DNA of 43,263 nucleotides from Chara braunii (GCA_003427395.1 BFEA01000020.1:4709433-4752695), one strand, 5' to 3'; shown: positions 10,401-22,321, numbered from the stretch's first letter. Notes: generated by a model from the sequence alone, not told the origin. Numbers and translations: made by a program.

Positions 10401-13400
10401 GCTTGTATTTGCACTGGGCATGTGATGTGCAAAAGATAACGTTAACTGATTGTTAATGAAAGTGTTTGCTTGGCTAGCACTGTTAAGTAGTCATATGACT
10501 TGGTTGTTGTCTCTGTGTTTGAAACTTTCATTTTTTCTGTGCGGCCCGTTATGGGTTGTTGTCCGTGCTATGATGTGGTGCTGAAATGACGTTTGTTTAC
10601 TTTGGCTGCCAATATGTCAGGTGTTGAACTGCGAGCCAACAAAGGAGAGTATCCTACCTTATATTCTGTTCATTCAGAAGATTATTCGGTAAGTCAATGG
10701 GCGTTTCTCGGAGTGTTTGTGATCACGAGTTCTCATGCTGATGACATTGGTCATCAACTGATTGGATGCATGAATGTGAGGATGAAAAGGAGTTAAGATA
10801 TGTTGTGTTCTTCGTATTGGACAGAGCGCAGCTAGATTCATAGGGCAGCAATGGCGTCAGAGGCTAGCTAAGTTCAAGCAGCTGATCGGTTCCGCGTTTT
10901 GCAGGGGTCTGCTGCTCGTGTCAGCTTGAGTTGGGGAGAGCTTGTCGATGTCAATGTCCTGGGGGCAGCTGAGTAGTTTGCCGGTTTCACCCTGAATTCA
11001 GCTTGGTGCTTTTGGTTTTGGGAAAAGCAATTGAGTTGATGGCTTGGTTACAGCGAACGGTCAAGAGTTCTGGCTGCAATGCGTGTGGGCAGGGTATGTT
11101 CATGTTGTTTTTGTTTCTGGGAAAAGGTTAACACTTCTAAATCGTGCGAGTGGACATCGTGTTTTTTTGGACAGTGGTCTGTCTGCCGGATTGTGGTCTG
11201 CTTTTGTTCAGTGGACTTAACATTTGTTCTTTTTTGTTTTCAAATGTTTGTTTATGTTTAGCTTACGATGATTTTGTAAGTGTTGAGGTGTCTGTACCTA
11301 CTATGAGGTGTCTGTACCTACTATGATTTTGTAAGTGTTGAAGTGTTTGTACCTGCACGTAGCTTTTGGTTAGTTATCTGATCTGGTTTGGTGTTGTTTT
11401 TTGCAGGCGGAGGCCGTTCTTGATCAAGAATCTTGAAAATGTTTTGCGGCGGTTGTTGCAGGTAAGTACTTGAATGCGCGTTGGTACTTATGGGCTTTGT
11501 TTGAGGGGGGGGGAAGGAGGGAGTCTGCAGGCTTGGTTTGTTGGTTGCAATCTCTCCCAACAGATGGGGTAAAGTTCTGTGCTTCCAGGGGGAGGGCTGA
11601 TTTGGGACCGAACTGCTTGTGAGGGAAGAAAGGCCCACACTCTCGAGTGGAATATGTGTATGTGCGTGTGTGTGACTGTGGCATACTGCGTAGCCACACG
11701 GGCCCTACAGGGCCCGTCCCGGACATTCAGCCTAAAAGCCTAAAACTTAAGGCTTACAGGCCCCGTTCATTTCAGCCTGGATGCTGAAAAACGAGGGCCT
11801 GCAGGCCCTACCTCGTTTCAGCCTATTTCTGGGTCTTTTCAGACCCAGAGTTTTCAGCCTGAAACTGGACACAGAGAGAGATCGAGTTGTTCTTCTTCCT
11901 CTTCTAAGTCCACCTTCTCATCTCACCCTCTCGCCACCTGACTTCTCAGACTACGACAGAGAGAGACAGAGTTGTGACTTGAGACTTGACGACATTGGAT
12001 CCAGACTTGACATTTGGGATTCAGACAGTTCGACGAGGGACTATTTGGGCTTGTGCCGAAGACTTGGTGTTGACGACATTCCCATCTTCCCCCTCCTCTT
12101 CGTCTATCCCCTTCCTCCTCGTCTGTGCATGTTCTGGGCTGGCGCTGTCTTCCTGTGTGAAGTGCCAGACCCATTCACACTATGAAACGATGATGATGAT
12201 GTATGTTCAGGGCTGCATTACAACATTGATTGTTCGGATCACTGGTATCCAAGTCTTCCGCTGTGCTATCTTATACCTTGTATTGAAAGGTCGGTTTTTG
12301 TTCTGGTATGCACTTATACGGTATGCAACAGTGACAGTGTGTGTGCACCCTGTTTTGGTCTGTGCAATAGGGAGTAGGTCAGACCCTTTTGGAAGGAAAA
12401 TGAGTGAGAGCGATAGGCAAAACCAAATTGCAATATCACGCTGAAGACCAGATAGTGTACCAAGCAGAAAGCACCATGCACCGAGAATCAAGGCTAAAAA
12501 GAGCAACACGATGAGCTCAAATGTCGATGTCGGCACTCTTCCCACCACCAACATGGTATACAATGTCTCCCTTTTTGATTGGCGCTCAGTCTCCAGCCTA
12601 TCCTCCTCGGCACCTACTCTAGCCTACAATATGATATGCAACAGGAGTCACTTGAAATTGAAGATCGATGTATGTGACGAAGCTGTCAATGCAGACTGCT
12701 GCATACTCTAGGTACATGCCTCTTCTTCCTCGCAGCTGGATACCCTTCTCTCCCACTTAGTCTTCCCTCTCCCAAAGACCACCCTTCCAATACTAGCACT
12801 TGCGCGGCCAGCCTGGCTATGGCTGATGTGCACCTGCTGCCCAGCAGCTCCTCTGTCATTGCTTGCACTCGTGTGCGGCCTCGCCAGTGCACAACACGTG
12901 AAACTGCCTGGCGCCCCACCGTGCAGGCCGCATGTCAAATGCAGGCGAACCTTCACTTAGAGCGGTCACGAGGCTTGCTGGCCCCTAGGGCAGTCGGGTG
13001 CCTCTGCCAGAAAGGACAGCTGAGGCCTCAAGCCTCGCTCTTTTCTGGGTTAGAACTGAACCCGTCATGAAGGCTGGTGGGAGATGATGTCTACTGGAAC
13101 ACAATCTGGTTCGTTTGGCGTGGTGATCTATTGGACTTTCATACAGACAAAGCAGGGGAGCAATATGTGGATCCGGAATACGGGGAGACGTGACAATGGA
13201 TGCTCGCTATGCGGGGTTCTGTGGAGTGCAGTTTCTTTCATTATTTTCCTGTGATTGAGGTTCTGTACGATTGACAAGCTCTGTTTCTCTTTGCCTCCTG
13301 CAGTCACTTGAGCATTATGGCGCGGAAGACCGCAAGAAGCTCGCCATTTTCACTGCCCTCACATTTTCACAGAAGCTGTCAGGGGTGAGTACACTTTTCC

Positions 13401-16400
13401 GTTCCAGGGTCTGATTGCATGTCTTCTGTAAGAACCCGTTCGAGTCTGCCTGTTACATTTCTGCTTTGCATTGCCTAGACTGCGGGTATAACACACTTGT
13501 GTATGTTTGTGCAGTCTTGTTGGTGAAGAGTTGAACTATCTTTGCTGCTGGGACTTCGACATGATAAGTCTGTCACATGCAGTTTCACTGGTTCTGGTGG
13601 CTGACTAGGAAGCTGACTCTAACTGTCGTTGTTCAATTTTCGTATCTGCAGCTTCCTCCGGAGAACATCTTCACATGTTTGTTCAATGATGCCATGGTTT
13701 CAAAGGGATCGGTGCTTGGCTTCGTGACGAATGTGTTTAAGGTAAATTTCTTCAAATCCTGATAACCACGGATAACGTTGAAGATGAGATGGCCTTTGTA
13801 TAAGGGGGCTGTTTATTTGTAGTGCAGTTTGCTATTGTTAACTTTTCCTTCTCTTCATGGCAGAGTGATTTCAGTGTGAAGTATGTATTGTCAAAATAGT
13901 GATTGGTCTAGTCGATGGAGGTCTTCAAAGGTGGGTCTTTGTTCTTCTTCAGTCAGTGTGATGTGCAGGGGACGGTGGTGGATTAGTTAGGCGTCAACGG
14001 TGTTATCGGGCTTCACTGTAAATATGCTACTGAGGACTTGTTTGTTCCATTTTCGTGCAGGTGTTCCTCGAGGAAAGCACCTTGGATGAGCTTGTTGCGC
14101 TTCTGAAGAGGGCGAAGGTGAGGAGGCTTCTTTGGGATGGCCGGGTCGTAGTTTCTGTGATGCGTAAGTGCTTGAAACTATGCCTTGCATGTGGATGGTT
14201 GCCTTTCCAGCGAATGCGAAATAGATGCCTTGCATGGAACTCTGTCGCTGTGGGTGTGTGAATCGTTTTCTGACTCCTTTTTCACTCGTGCTTAATTTCT
14301 GCAGGTGGAGGACCGCATGCTGGAGTTCTTCCCAATGCAGAAGCGGACCCCAGAGTATTTTGCGGAGCATTTCATGAAAGAGGGCCTGGTACGTTGATGT
14401 AATGGAATTTGAGTCTCAAGGCGGAAGTTTCTTTTTTGTGGCCGCGTTGGACAGGGTCGAGATTTGGGGGCTGTGGTTGGACAAGATTGCTCGTCGGTAG
14501 GTTGGGAGTTTATTAGTAGTCTGTAGTCAATGCTTGTATGCTCTCTTGGGAAATAAGTTCAAAGAATCTTGTTGATAGTTGGTGAATATGGGTTGAGGAG
14601 TGGATTGGTTAATATGGGTTGAGGAGTGGATTGGTGAATATGGGTGGAGGAGTGGATGATGTAGTGTTCTCGGTGTGTCTGTGTTATGAGGATTCTCTGT
14701 TTGATCGTTCTGTTTCTATGCGATTTGGTCGTTTGTGCTTCAGCCTACAATAGTACCGAGTGCAACCTGTTTCAATAGGAGCGTTTGCGGGGTTTATTTG
14801 ATGAAGAATGTGAGGATGATGTTGTCCCCGTGTCATTGTGTCTCACCTTTTGGCTGGTCGGTTGCCTTTGTATGCGTTTGTGAAACAGTCTGAAATCGTT
14901 GAATACAACCGCAAGAAGGTCTTCGATGTTATGCTCAAGGAGCTGCACACTTCGCTCTCTGAAATTATGAGGTGAGCATCACAATTTTTGTCGACTGGTT
15001 TGCTGGGGGCCCCGGGATGTTTCTTTTATCTTCTGGTCTAGTCTCTTCTGACCATGAAACTTGGGTTGCTCTCTATGGGGGGTTCTCTCTCTCCACCTGC
15101 ACGTCCTTTCACGGAGAGAAAGAAAGAAAGAAAGCATGAGACACAGTTTCGCGTGCAGCAAATGGAGACGGAGGGAGAAGGATCATGAATTTAATTCAGA
15201 ATATATTGACACTGAAACATCTGCAAGAACGTGTACAATGATGTCAGCTTTCACAGTTGTGTTGAAAAGAAATGAGAAAACTGACTTGCTGTAAAACAGA
15301 ATTAAACAAACAAACAAACAAACAGGACGGTTTCCTAACTTTCCTGCCTAAACCAACATGAAGACTCACGAGACTAAAACTTCTGAATTTTTCCGAATTT
15401 GTGTGCCTGCTATCACCATCGTTGGACATCTCTAGATGAATTTGTCTGCATCCTTATATGATGAACACATGCGTGCAATGAAACACAGCTGAGCCAGTCG
15501 ACCAACATAGAATGCCATGTCTGAGGGCGTGTTGGTTGTATCGCTTTTGCTTGTCATTTCAGCGAAGGAGGGCCTGTAAACCTTGGAGAAACTATTGAGC
15601 TAGTAAAGCAGCGGCGCAAGGAAGGAGAGCTGCCTGATGTGGACATTGTGAAGACCATCTGGGAGTCCATGATGGATGCTGTGCAATGGAGCGGCAAGAA
15701 CCAGCAGCAGAATATCAACAATGCACTCCGGCAGGTCAAAGGGTGGGCTAAATTGCTTGGAGCGTTCTGCACTACACCCAGACTTGAGGTTGAGCTGATG
15801 TATAAGATTCAGATCCACTGCTATGAGGACGCGAAGTTGATGAAGCTCTTCCATGAGGTGAGGCTTAAAAGATCAATTATTGAACTGCTCAGAAATGTTT
15901 TTGTAGATTTTTGGTGCAAGGGGGTGGGAGGTTTCGTTAACCGTTAATTGTGTGTGTCGAGTCCAGAGTCCAATCTGTCTCTTCTCGTCTCCCCGACCAT
16001 GCCATGTATGTGAACGGGAATGGCAACAAGATGGACAAGTCTGTGCGAGGTGGACTATCAGTTCTTTCTATGACATTCCTATGCCATGTGGCGTGTCTAT
16101 GGTCAAGGGAAGGAGATACTGGCTTGATTACATGTACAGTACAGGTGCAGGAGGATGGAGGAGGAATGTGCGAAGCGGCTGGTTTTGTAATTCAACCATT
16201 CTGAGGTGCTGTAATGTTGGGAACCATGTCGAAGCCGGTACTCCTTGTCTGTGTATTGTATATATATGTACTGATCGTCATAGTTGGCCTTGCGAAATGT
16301 GATGTGCAGATTGTGCGGGCGCTTTACGATCTTGATGTGCTGTCCGAGGATGTTATTCTGAAGTGGTTCCGTAAAGGCAACCTCACGAAGGGCAGGTGAG

Positions 16401-16808
16401 CGTTTCTATGTGGTTTTCAGTCTGTAGCGGCCATTGTTTCGATGTCTATGATTCTATCCGTTTTCCAAGCAGAACTCGCATGTCGGTGGTGAGTGAACGT
16501 CCCAGGGAATGCAAATAGACTGAATGGAATTTCGCCTTTCATTTTACGCTGCTCTGAAGTCTGTGAATTCACTTCACTGTTTTCGGTGTTTGTGAATTCA
16601 CTGCACTGTTTTCGGTGTTTGTGAATTCCCTTCACTGTTTTCGGTGTTTATTGTTGAATTGGAATTTGCTGGGAGGGGAAGGTGGTCTGACTGTGTCCTT
16701 GCTGTTCGTCCGTCGACCTTCTTGTGCAGGCAAATGTTTGTGAAGTCCCTCGAGCCGTTCGTGAAGTGGCTGGAAGAAGCTGAGGAGGAGTCTGATGATG
16801 ATAACTAA
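1494..16808 (+). CDS. BZW: BZW / eIF5-mimic protein (5MP; basic leucine zipper and W2 domain-containing), spliced, 15 coding exons, about 418 aa
   Basis: Exons 1494-1498, 4196-4219, 5830-5935, 8052-8123, 8809-(gap), 10621-10688, 11407-11461, 13304-13384, 13652-13741, 14061-14117, 14305-14388, 14889-14971, 15563-15857, 16310-16395, 16730-16808. All visible junctions are GT..AG and in phase. Translation MSSKEKPTLGGTRIKTRKRNIAVPLDP...FSRYGDTLFEVFFTGGRT...RRPFLIKNLEN...RKKLAIFTALTFSQKLSG...AVQWSGKNQQQN...CYEDAKLMKLF...LEPFVKWLEEAEEESDDDN* matches the plant BZW/5MP family from recall. Length assumes about 46 nt hidden in the gap. Confidence 0.96.
4196..4219 (+). CDS. BZW: BZW coding exon 2 (24-nt microexon, SKEKPTLG)
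   Basis: gacag|C TCG AAG GAG AAG CCG ACT CTC GG|gtacg. Confidence 0.93.
5830..5935 (+). CDS. BZW: BZW coding exon 3
   Basis: GTRIKTRKRNIAVPLDPSGFADNVVNVCLKYQGDL|gtgagt. Confidence 0.95.
5900..7110 (+). repeat. Degenerate tandem repeats containing the exon-3 end and donor motif (gggatttg|gtgagtggtcgtgaaac)
   Basis: Donor-equivalent positions 5936, 6054, 6178, 6290, 6711, 7015. Confidence 0.9.
7256..7508. repeat. About 128-bp tandem duplication
   Basis: ggtggatgtttgagcatgatgtgcgtg...tgtagtgtacatgaagaaagat occurs twice. Confidence 0.85.
7600..7966 (-). pseudogene. nad4: NUMT: 5' fragment of mitochondrial nad4
   Basis: NLSGLI..PLLG...RLIRSI..CTSLI.FLYSLLFWIQFENSTAKFQFVETxRWLPYSNINFYIGLDGISLFFVVLTTFLIPICMLVGW...KKEYMIAFL is the streptophyte Nad4 N-terminus; AT-rich; inside BZW intron 3. 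Confidence 0.93.
8052..8123 (+). CDS. BZW: BZW coding exon 4
   Basis: ttgcag|DLISKEIEVDDELDFSRYGDTLFE|gtaaa. Confidence 0.93.
8693..8771. repeat. 40-bp tandem duplication
   Basis: catttcaaatatggagctggttgttgcaaaggcttgttt twice. Confidence 0.9.
8809..8834 (+). CDS. BZW: BZW coding exon 5 (partial, runs into assembly gap)
   Basis: ggcag|VFFTGGRT(A) followed by Ns. Confidence 0.9.
8835..9184. other. Assembly gap (350 N)
   Basis: N run. Confidence 1.
9185..9293. repeat. About 55-bp tandem repeat abutting the gap
   Basis: cttagggtctgtatgtccaggcgtcgtaggtctgtgggaa..gtatctgtaggat twice. Confidence 0.9.
10621..10688 (+). CDS. BZW: BZW coding exon 6
   Basis: gtcag|VLNCEPTKESILPYILFIQKII(R)|gtaagt. 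Confidence 0.92.
11407..11461 (+). CDS. BZW: BZW coding exon 7
   Basis: ttgcag|RRPFLIKNLENVLRRLLQ|gtaagt. Confidence 0.95.
12400..13050 (-). mobile_element. LTR fragment in BZW intron 7, related to the LTR at about 32.3-33.3 kb
   Basis: 12654-12715 (gaaattgaagatcgatgtatgtga...tcaatgcagactgc..atactctaggta) aligns by eye with 32666-32728 (gaagttgaagaccaacgtacgtga...tcaatgcagactgc..tataccccaggta). Boundaries are approximate. Confidence 0.55.
13304..13384 (+). CDS. BZW: BZW coding exon 8
   Basis: ctgcag|SLEHYGAEDRKKLAIFTALTFSQKLSG|gtgagt. Confidence 0.95.
13652..13741 (+). CDS. BZW: BZW coding exon 9
   Basis: ctgcag|LPPENIFTCLFNDAMVSKGSVLGFVTNVFK|gtaaat. Confidence 0.95.
14061..14117 (+). CDS. 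BZW: BZW coding exon 10
   Basis: gtgcag|VFLEESTLDELVALLKRAK|gtgagg. Confidence 0.94.
14305..14388 (+). CDS. BZW: BZW coding exon 11
   Basis: ctgcag|VEDRMLEFFPMQKRTPEYFAEHFMKEGL|gtacgt. Confidence 0.94.
14581..14657. repeat. 26-bp minisatellite x3
   Basis: ggtgaatatgggttgaggagtggatt. Confidence 0.92.
14889..14971 (+). CDS. BZW: BZW coding exon 12
   Basis: aacag|SEIVEYNRKKVFDVMLKELHTSLSEIM(S)|gtgagc. Confidence 0.94.
15563..15857 (+). CDS. BZW: BZW coding exon 13
   Basis: tttcag|EGGPVNLGETIELVKQ...AVQWSGKNQQQNINNALRQVKGW...CYEDAKLMKLFHE|gtgagg. Confidence 0.96.
16310..16395 (+). CDS. BZW: BZW coding exon 14 (W2 domain AA-box 1)
   Basis: gtgcag|IVRALYDLDVLSEDVILKWFRKGNLTKG(R)|gtgagc. Confidence 0.96.
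16562..16649. repeat. 29-bp minisatellite x3
   Basis: tgtgaattcacttcactgttttcggtgtt. Confidence 0.92.
16730..16808 (+). CDS. BZW: BZW coding exon 15 (W2 domain AA-box 2 and stop)
   Basis: gtgcag|QMFVKSLEPFVKWLEEAEEESDDDN-TAA. Confidence 0.96.
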
Positions 16809-19800
16809 CATTTCAGCAAACATCCTGACTTGGAGAAGGTTTTGTCATCGTGGGTCTCTTGTTGTCAATTTGATGGTCTGTCGTCGAGGGGCAGTAAATG
16901 GCTAGGTGGTATGCATTTGTTGCAGGTCGGTGAGATCTCTCTGCAGATGCACCTGCGAATGGCGTAATGCCAGGATTTGGAAGTACATTTTCGCTAGTCA
17001 TTTTCGCTAGTCTCTGCAGCCTTTCCTTTGCAGGGTAGAATGGTCCAGAGGGTTCGAGATTACAGGTCAGGAATAGGCGCTCGAGTGGGTAACTTGTTGG
17101 TCCTGGAATCGATAATGTGGGCAATAATGTGTGAAGGTGGGGGGTCGGGGGGGTGGGGGGGGTTGTCTCCTGTTGTTCCTGTGTCATTTTGTCTTGTGTT
17201 TGCAACTGACGACCAGCTAGCTAGATTCTTCATGTTGGAGCAGGATTGAATGAGTTGACTGGCACAACCGGGGTGTGTATTCTCCCTGTGAATTGCGGTG
17301 GAGTGGGCTAGGGTTGGCGGTGAGATCACAGACGGGTATGAGGTGGCAGTTGAGGCCAAGATCGTGTCCAACTTTGTGGTTTGGGAAGTGTGGACGTTGA
17401 AGGTGTTTGTTGCCTTGCGAAGACGTGAAGGGAGGGGTGTAATTCCTGATTGTGAAGTGGATGTCCACGTTTTCACTCCCTGTGCCTGGTAATGTAATGC
17501 CATTTTTGGAAAAACGAGGCCACAGACACGGAGAACTCGTCTTTGCCCTAGTTAGTGAAAGACTAACAGTTTTTAGTGCGTGTCTGCTGTCAGTCTTTGG
17601 TTGGTACTCAATGCCCTTTCTGGTACACAAGGCCACAGAGGAAATGTGCTGACTAATCTGGTGATTGGCAAATTCTATAGCCCTTTCCCCCTTGCCTTCT
17701 CCTTTGGTTTGAAACATCTGTTGGAAGGTGCGGTGGCCTCTATCCACTATGCTCTAGTGTAACGAGGGTTCCTACTTGGGTTACCTCCCTGTGCAGTACT
17801 TATGCACATGTGAGGTAGTCACATGTAAGGTAAGCCTACCATGAGGATGAATGTAACGTCAAACTACCCAAACGTCAGCTGTTGTGACTGCACAAGAGCT
17901 GTGCACATGGCACGATTGAGTAGTGTGTGTTTGTCCGGTGTCAGTTTTCTTGTGTATTCCAGTGTAGTGCACCTATGAACTGGAATTCTCGAGGTGCCCT
18001 AGAATGGCAAGAATACCTGTGCTTGTTCCTTGGCATCTCGGCTGGGGGAAGGTGCCCTGTACCCTACAGGGTGGCCCGGGGCGGGCATGCGAAAATAATA
18101 CGAAAAAATGATATGCTGTGTAATAAAATTGTAATACCAACTTTTGGCTTAGTAAATGTACTTTTTTAACCCCTGGCGCCCAAACCCCCCTGGATGACCC
18201 ATCATCAAAATCGAAGACAGGCCTCCTGTTGGAGAGCGCCGAAATTTTGGCCTGCACTGTCTTTTTTTTATTGGGATATCCTTGCCTCTTTTTTGACCCG
18301 TCTGGTTTTTGTCGGGCGGCCCCCGCTCTATCCAAATGGACCATTAAAGAGGGCATTTAATAAACGCAGGGAGTTCTGGGGCCATTTAATAACCAGTGCG
18401 AAACCCCCACCCCTGAAATTTTTGGGGGAAATATAGAGGGGCAGCATTTGCAGAGTCGCAGCCTTATAGTGAAAGGTGCAATACGGTGGACCACCAGTAC
18501 TTGAAAGACACTGTTCACCTATGCCCACCAGTAATTGAAAGACCCTTTTCTCCTCTGCTTGAAACGCCCTGCATGCCTAAAACGAACTGAACTGGTGCAG
18601 GCCTGATTTTGGCTGGCACCGCTAGCCATTTGGCCGCGGAAGAGGCCGAGCCCCGAAGTTGCGGCAGCATGTAAGCTGGGACTTTGAAAGAACGGATGGG
18701 AAACGTACTGGTAGACAGTCAAAGGCACGTTTTCCCTGGGCTGGAGATGCCCTGCTTGTCTAAAATAAAATGAACTGGCACGGGCCTAAATTTGGCTGGC
18801 GGCACGTGGTGCTACTAGCCGTTTCTATCCGGAAGGCCAAGCCCCGAAAGTTGTTGCAGCATGCAAGACGGAACTTTGAAAGAATGGCTTCGACCTTGGG
18901 CCCTGCATTTTGTTTAGACTACCGTCTTCACCCGAATAAAACGCCCGGTAATTAAAACTGCATCCGGACTGACAATTCTGCCAAATGCAGCTGTAATGAC
19001 CGGGCGTTCTGATCGGGTGAAGATCGGGTGAAGACGGTAGTGTGATTTAATAATTTATACCCCGCCAATTGGGCGGCACGTCCTTGGTATTTACCAAGGG
19101 ACTAACAGGCGTGGATTATCTCCGATTGCCTTAGCCTTGTGTGGTGTCGGTTCGGCTTTGGTTTGCCCTGTCAGTTGTGGAGGCAGTGGTTTATCTCTGG
19201 AATAGCCCGAGGATGACCAAAGCCTACAAGATGGTGTAAAACCGTCTTATGCAGGGGGAAGGAGAACTGTGACTTTGTACTAGCACGCTCTCTTGGAGGA
19301 CGATGGTCTCAGATGGCATTGTCTCAGATGGTCTCAGATTACGAAAACAGTATCACAGAAAATTGGTTTCACTTTTATCGGAAGTTGAAGGCGAGCTCAG
19401 GGTCACAAGAGAAGTCGATGTGCTGAAGATCGTGAGCTTTCTTGGCCACAGAGGAATGTACACAGAGCTTGAGGACCACAGTCTGGAAATGCCTGAGTGT
19501 GCAAGAAGTTGCCAAGAACTGTAAATAGTGTTATCACTGTTACTACCCTCGAGATAAATTTGCCCTCTTCCAATTACCTCCTACATTAATAGGATATTTG
19601 AAGAAATGCCCTCAGGCTCTTATCCGCTGAATGTGGCACCTGGGTTTCTGGGATTTTGCCAGATGTGGCCGGAGCCCGATGCGCACACCCTGAGAATGCC
19701 TCTGTTTAAACCACCGGCACTTGGCCCAGCTATCAATGCCGAGCCGGCACTCCCTGCGCTTAAGTTTCGCCGAACCGCAGGGGCGCTGTTTCAACTTTTT

Positions 19801-21041
19801 TTTGCCTAGCGCTTCCAGCCATTGTGGTCCGGTACCCCGAAGCCCGACAGGCGGGGCGGGTTAACAGGGAAGCGCGGCGGCCGATAGCTGGGCCAAAAGA
19901 GTGCGATACCGTGGGGTTCTTCTCGACGGTGTGTGGTACCTGGGTGTCTGCGGTTGAATCTGAAGCCCATGGCGTCTGCGTTGTTGTGCTGCTTAATCGT
20001 GGGATCTCTTGCATGCTCGTTCCGCCAGTACTCGTGGCTGAGGCAGAAAAGGGTTTTTCTCTCAGCTGAATTTAGTATCTGGCTTTTAGGCATGCATACA
20101 CTGAATATGCTGCCACTCTGTTATGTGGGACCTGTCCCAAGAATGCACTGGGAGGAGTGGGTCGAACCACTCCGTTTCCTTTCCCAGGTTGCATGTATGT
20201 GACGAGTGGCAACAGATCACCTACCTCTTGACACGGACAAGGCCAGTGGTAGTGTATACGTCTGTGTGCTCGGTATGTATGTCTGTTGTGAGAAAAGCTT
20301 GATATGCATCTGTTATGATAACCAGAATGTGGGCTTCTGTACGATATTTCCCAACATGGAGAAGGAACGTGGAATGATCTCGAGGGCGTCACACTTATAT
20401 TTAAATGGAGGGGCGGAAACAAGAAAACAAGGAAAAAGAAAAAAGTGGTGACTCAACCAAGAATAAATTTACGGAGAACCAATCGGTGTAGGGCAGTTGG
20501 TGCAGCCATTGAACTGATGAAGTACAGTCCCTAGTCCGAGTCCAGCTGCGGTTGGATGAACAGAACAAAATAATTATGGACTACTGGGGGTAGGTCAGCC
20601 CTGCACATAGGAAAAAAAAAACAAAATAGTGATCGATCAGGAAATGGAAATGTGGTGCATGCGGTCACGCATCAAGCAGTGGAAACTGCCCAGTGTTTTC
20701 AGCTGTGTCTTATCCGTGGAAAGGAGAAGGGCAAGTTTCAGAGCCTTTGTGGGCTTGGCTGTAAACTTCGGAAGCAGACAAGATCTTTCGTACATGTGTG
20801 TTCACAGAGGGCCCTTGCTACACTGCTCACGAAACCTGTGAGAATGAAAATGATTTTTCGGCTAGATTGCAAAGGCTGTAATAATCTGAAAATTTAAGAA
20901 ATAGTCATCATATTTTGTCGTTTCTGGATGTGGTGAACAGTGGAGCGAGGCCCAGAATGGGGATCTTTTCGTTAACATTTGGCCCGACTGCTCGTAGGAC
21001 TTTGTCTGAGTGCAATTAGGACTGCCGGGTACTGTGACTGT

Positions 21042-21435
21042 GTTCGGAACTGGATTGAAAACGTTGATGATGAGGGCACAAAAGGGCAGAGTGGTAGGGA
21101 TCAACGCACATGAAGGAAGTCGGCACAAATGTGAGACGTAGGTACGTTAGCTATTGATGATAATAACGGATGAGGCAACACATGTAGCAAACTATGGTTC
21201 CAGGCGTTGCAGCTGGTCTGTTCTTAGGAAGGATGAAGTTCGGAACTGGATTGAAAACGTTGATGATGAGGGCACAGAAGGGCAGAGTGGTAGGGATCAA
21301 CGCACATGAAGGAAGTCGGCACAAATGTGAGACGTAGGTACGTTAGCTATTGATGATAATAACGGATGAGGCAACACATGTAGCAAACTATGGTTCCAGG
21401 CGTTGCAGCTGGTCTGTTTTTAGGAAGGATGAAGT
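21042..21435. repeat. 196-bp near-perfect tandem duplication
   Basis: gttcggaactggattgaaaacg...ggaaggatgaagt begins at 21042 and at 21238. Confidence 0.93.
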
Positions 21436-22000
21436 ATAGTGCAGACCTAGGCTTCCACCCTAAATGCAGCTATTTGGACTGACGCTGGTGGTGCTGTGTA
21501 TGATGTAGTTGTGGAGATGGCGATGAGACGAAGTTTCTCATCGCAGTCATTGGTTTGATGTAATGCGACAGCAAATCTTGCACCGCACAATTCATCTGTT
21601 CTGGTTGGCGGTTGGCTTCGGGATGATTCCTAGCCATTTTCGCTTTTGGAGTTGGCTGCACATCTGTTCACCAGTGTTCTTCCACTTTTCGTTTGTGAAC
21701 GGAACATCTTTGTCACTAACAATGGTCTTGGCTGGTATGGAGTCATGAACCCAGTTAACCATGAATAAATTCATGACATGCTCGGTCTTGGCAGTTTCTG
21801 GCAGTTGGCTTAGTCTAGCATACTTAGTGAACTTTTTTACAACAAGGATGTGCCGCTTGCCATTCTTGCTGGTTACAAGCATATTAATGAAGTCCGTGGA
21901 GAGGCTTTGTCGTGGACCTGCAAGAATAGGGAAGGGGAGAAAGCAACATATACCGTTTGACTTCTGTGCATCGCGAGGCAAACTAGGATGCAAGAAACGT

Positions 22001-22153
22001 TGTACGAAGGTAGCACTGGTCTTTCTATAGCCGAATGCTCCCGTTGTTTCATGGCATTCACCAAAAAATGAACTATGTACGAAGGTAGCACTGGTCTTTC
22101 TATAGCCGAATGCTCCCGTTGTGTCATGGCATTCACCAAAAAATGAACTATGT
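22001..22153. repeat. 75-bp tandem duplication in the integrase zinc-binding region
   Basis: tgtacgaaggtagcactggtctttctatagccgaatgctcccgttg..tcatggcattcaccaaaaaatgaacta twice. Confidence 0.92.
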
Positions 22154-22265
22154 AAAACTTGCTAAACGGTGTGCACAATCTTTTAAATCCTGTCTTCTTA
22201 ACTCATCCACCGTCACGAACTCGAACCTGGGTTGGTTATCACCGAGACAATTGGGTTTTGTATGA

Positions 22266-22321
22266 GGCGAATAGCGGGAGTTGAACCTGTGATTTCAAAT
22301 TCACAATCTGACACTTTGACC
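22266..22321 (-). pseudogene. trnH: Partial organellar-type tRNA-His(GUG) fragment
   Basis: Minus strand: ggtcaaagtg-tcaga-ttGTGaa-tttga-aatc-acagg-ttcaact-cccgc-tattcgcc, giving an anticodon arm, T-loop and 3' acceptor strand. The 5' part is absent and the stems are imperfect. Confidence 0.65.
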
